A stretch of DNA of 64,000 nt from Octopus vulgaris (lineage: Eukaryota). Position numbers and translations under genes: made by a program. This document shows, one piece after another, positions 63,791 to 64,000 of this stretch. The notes beneath the pieces are model-generated. The model did no database searches and was not told the origin of the DNA. It worked only from the letters and a program-made list of their open reading frames with translations. The stretch is taken from contig OX597829.1 of assembly GCA_951406725.2 (NCBI GenBank), forward strand, positions 34,038,001-34,102,000, written 5' to 3'. The stretch's first letter is position 1; each line of letters opens with the position of its first letter.

Positions 63791-63935
63791 CCATATTTTT
63801 GTCATCTTGAGCAGCACATTCAGCATATTTACATAAAGCATTTATCCCGTATTCTGGAGCAAAATGTGGATTTATATATTCTTTACTGGATACAGAATGG
63901 CTCAGCTGATTTTCTAACATCCATTTCTGTTGAGA
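63791..63935 (-). CDS. NUP98: Nup96 exon (first in window)
   Basis: SQQKWMLENQLSHSVSSKEYINPHFAPEYGINALCKYAECAAQDDKNM; poly-T...ttttcag / gtatgg; phase fits the next exon. Confidence 0.88.
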
Positions 63936-64000
63936 CTGAAAAACGAAAAAAAAAAAAAAAAGAGTTAGTCTCAAAATTCTAGGTTAATTGGATTTTTAAG

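Larger units (their letters stand above)
50181..63935 (-). other. NUP98: Nup98-Nup96 gene, 3' portion (13 exons, 586 aa of Nup96)
   Basis: The manually spliced protein is colinear with metazoan Nup96 (W.LC.ALWG, R..AFSRWL, LALLL.Q, WKR.L..H.W, PSYLE, LDYRLSWHL, AQLES.GLWEWAIFVL.HI, AKDRL..S.M.K). All 12 introns are GT-AG and in phase. Confidence 0.96.

Overview
This is AT-rich, microsatellite-laden eukaryotic DNA, very probably an octopus (coleoid cephalopod) genome, judged from its SINEs and the (GAT)n-tailed RTE LINE family. One host gene is clearly supported. The last 13 exons of Nup98-Nup96 (Nup96 moiety) lie on the minus strand at 50181-63935; by manual splicing all junctions are GT-AG and phase-consistent, giving 586 codons plus a stop. 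The 5' part of the gene lies beyond the window. The remaining ~50 kb is decayed transposable elements: a two-LTR Gypsy element, several Penelope-like elements, many RTE and CR1 LINE fragments, mariner/Tc1 and hAT relics, TTAA and hAT MITEs, tRNA-derived SINEs and a cluster of three Helitrons. The most interesting unannotated signals are: (1) degenerate minimal type I hammerhead ribozymes at five loci, mostly in Penelope-like terminal repeats, one duplicated as a 415-bp palindrome and one inverted almost exactly at its cleavage site; (2) a head-to-tail Helitron junction with three-level nested insertions; (3) a 1.1-kb foldback element. I do not see a convincing new protein-coding system, and most short ORFs in the track are microsatellite or TE artefacts. 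All assignments come from motif recognition by eye, not from database searches.
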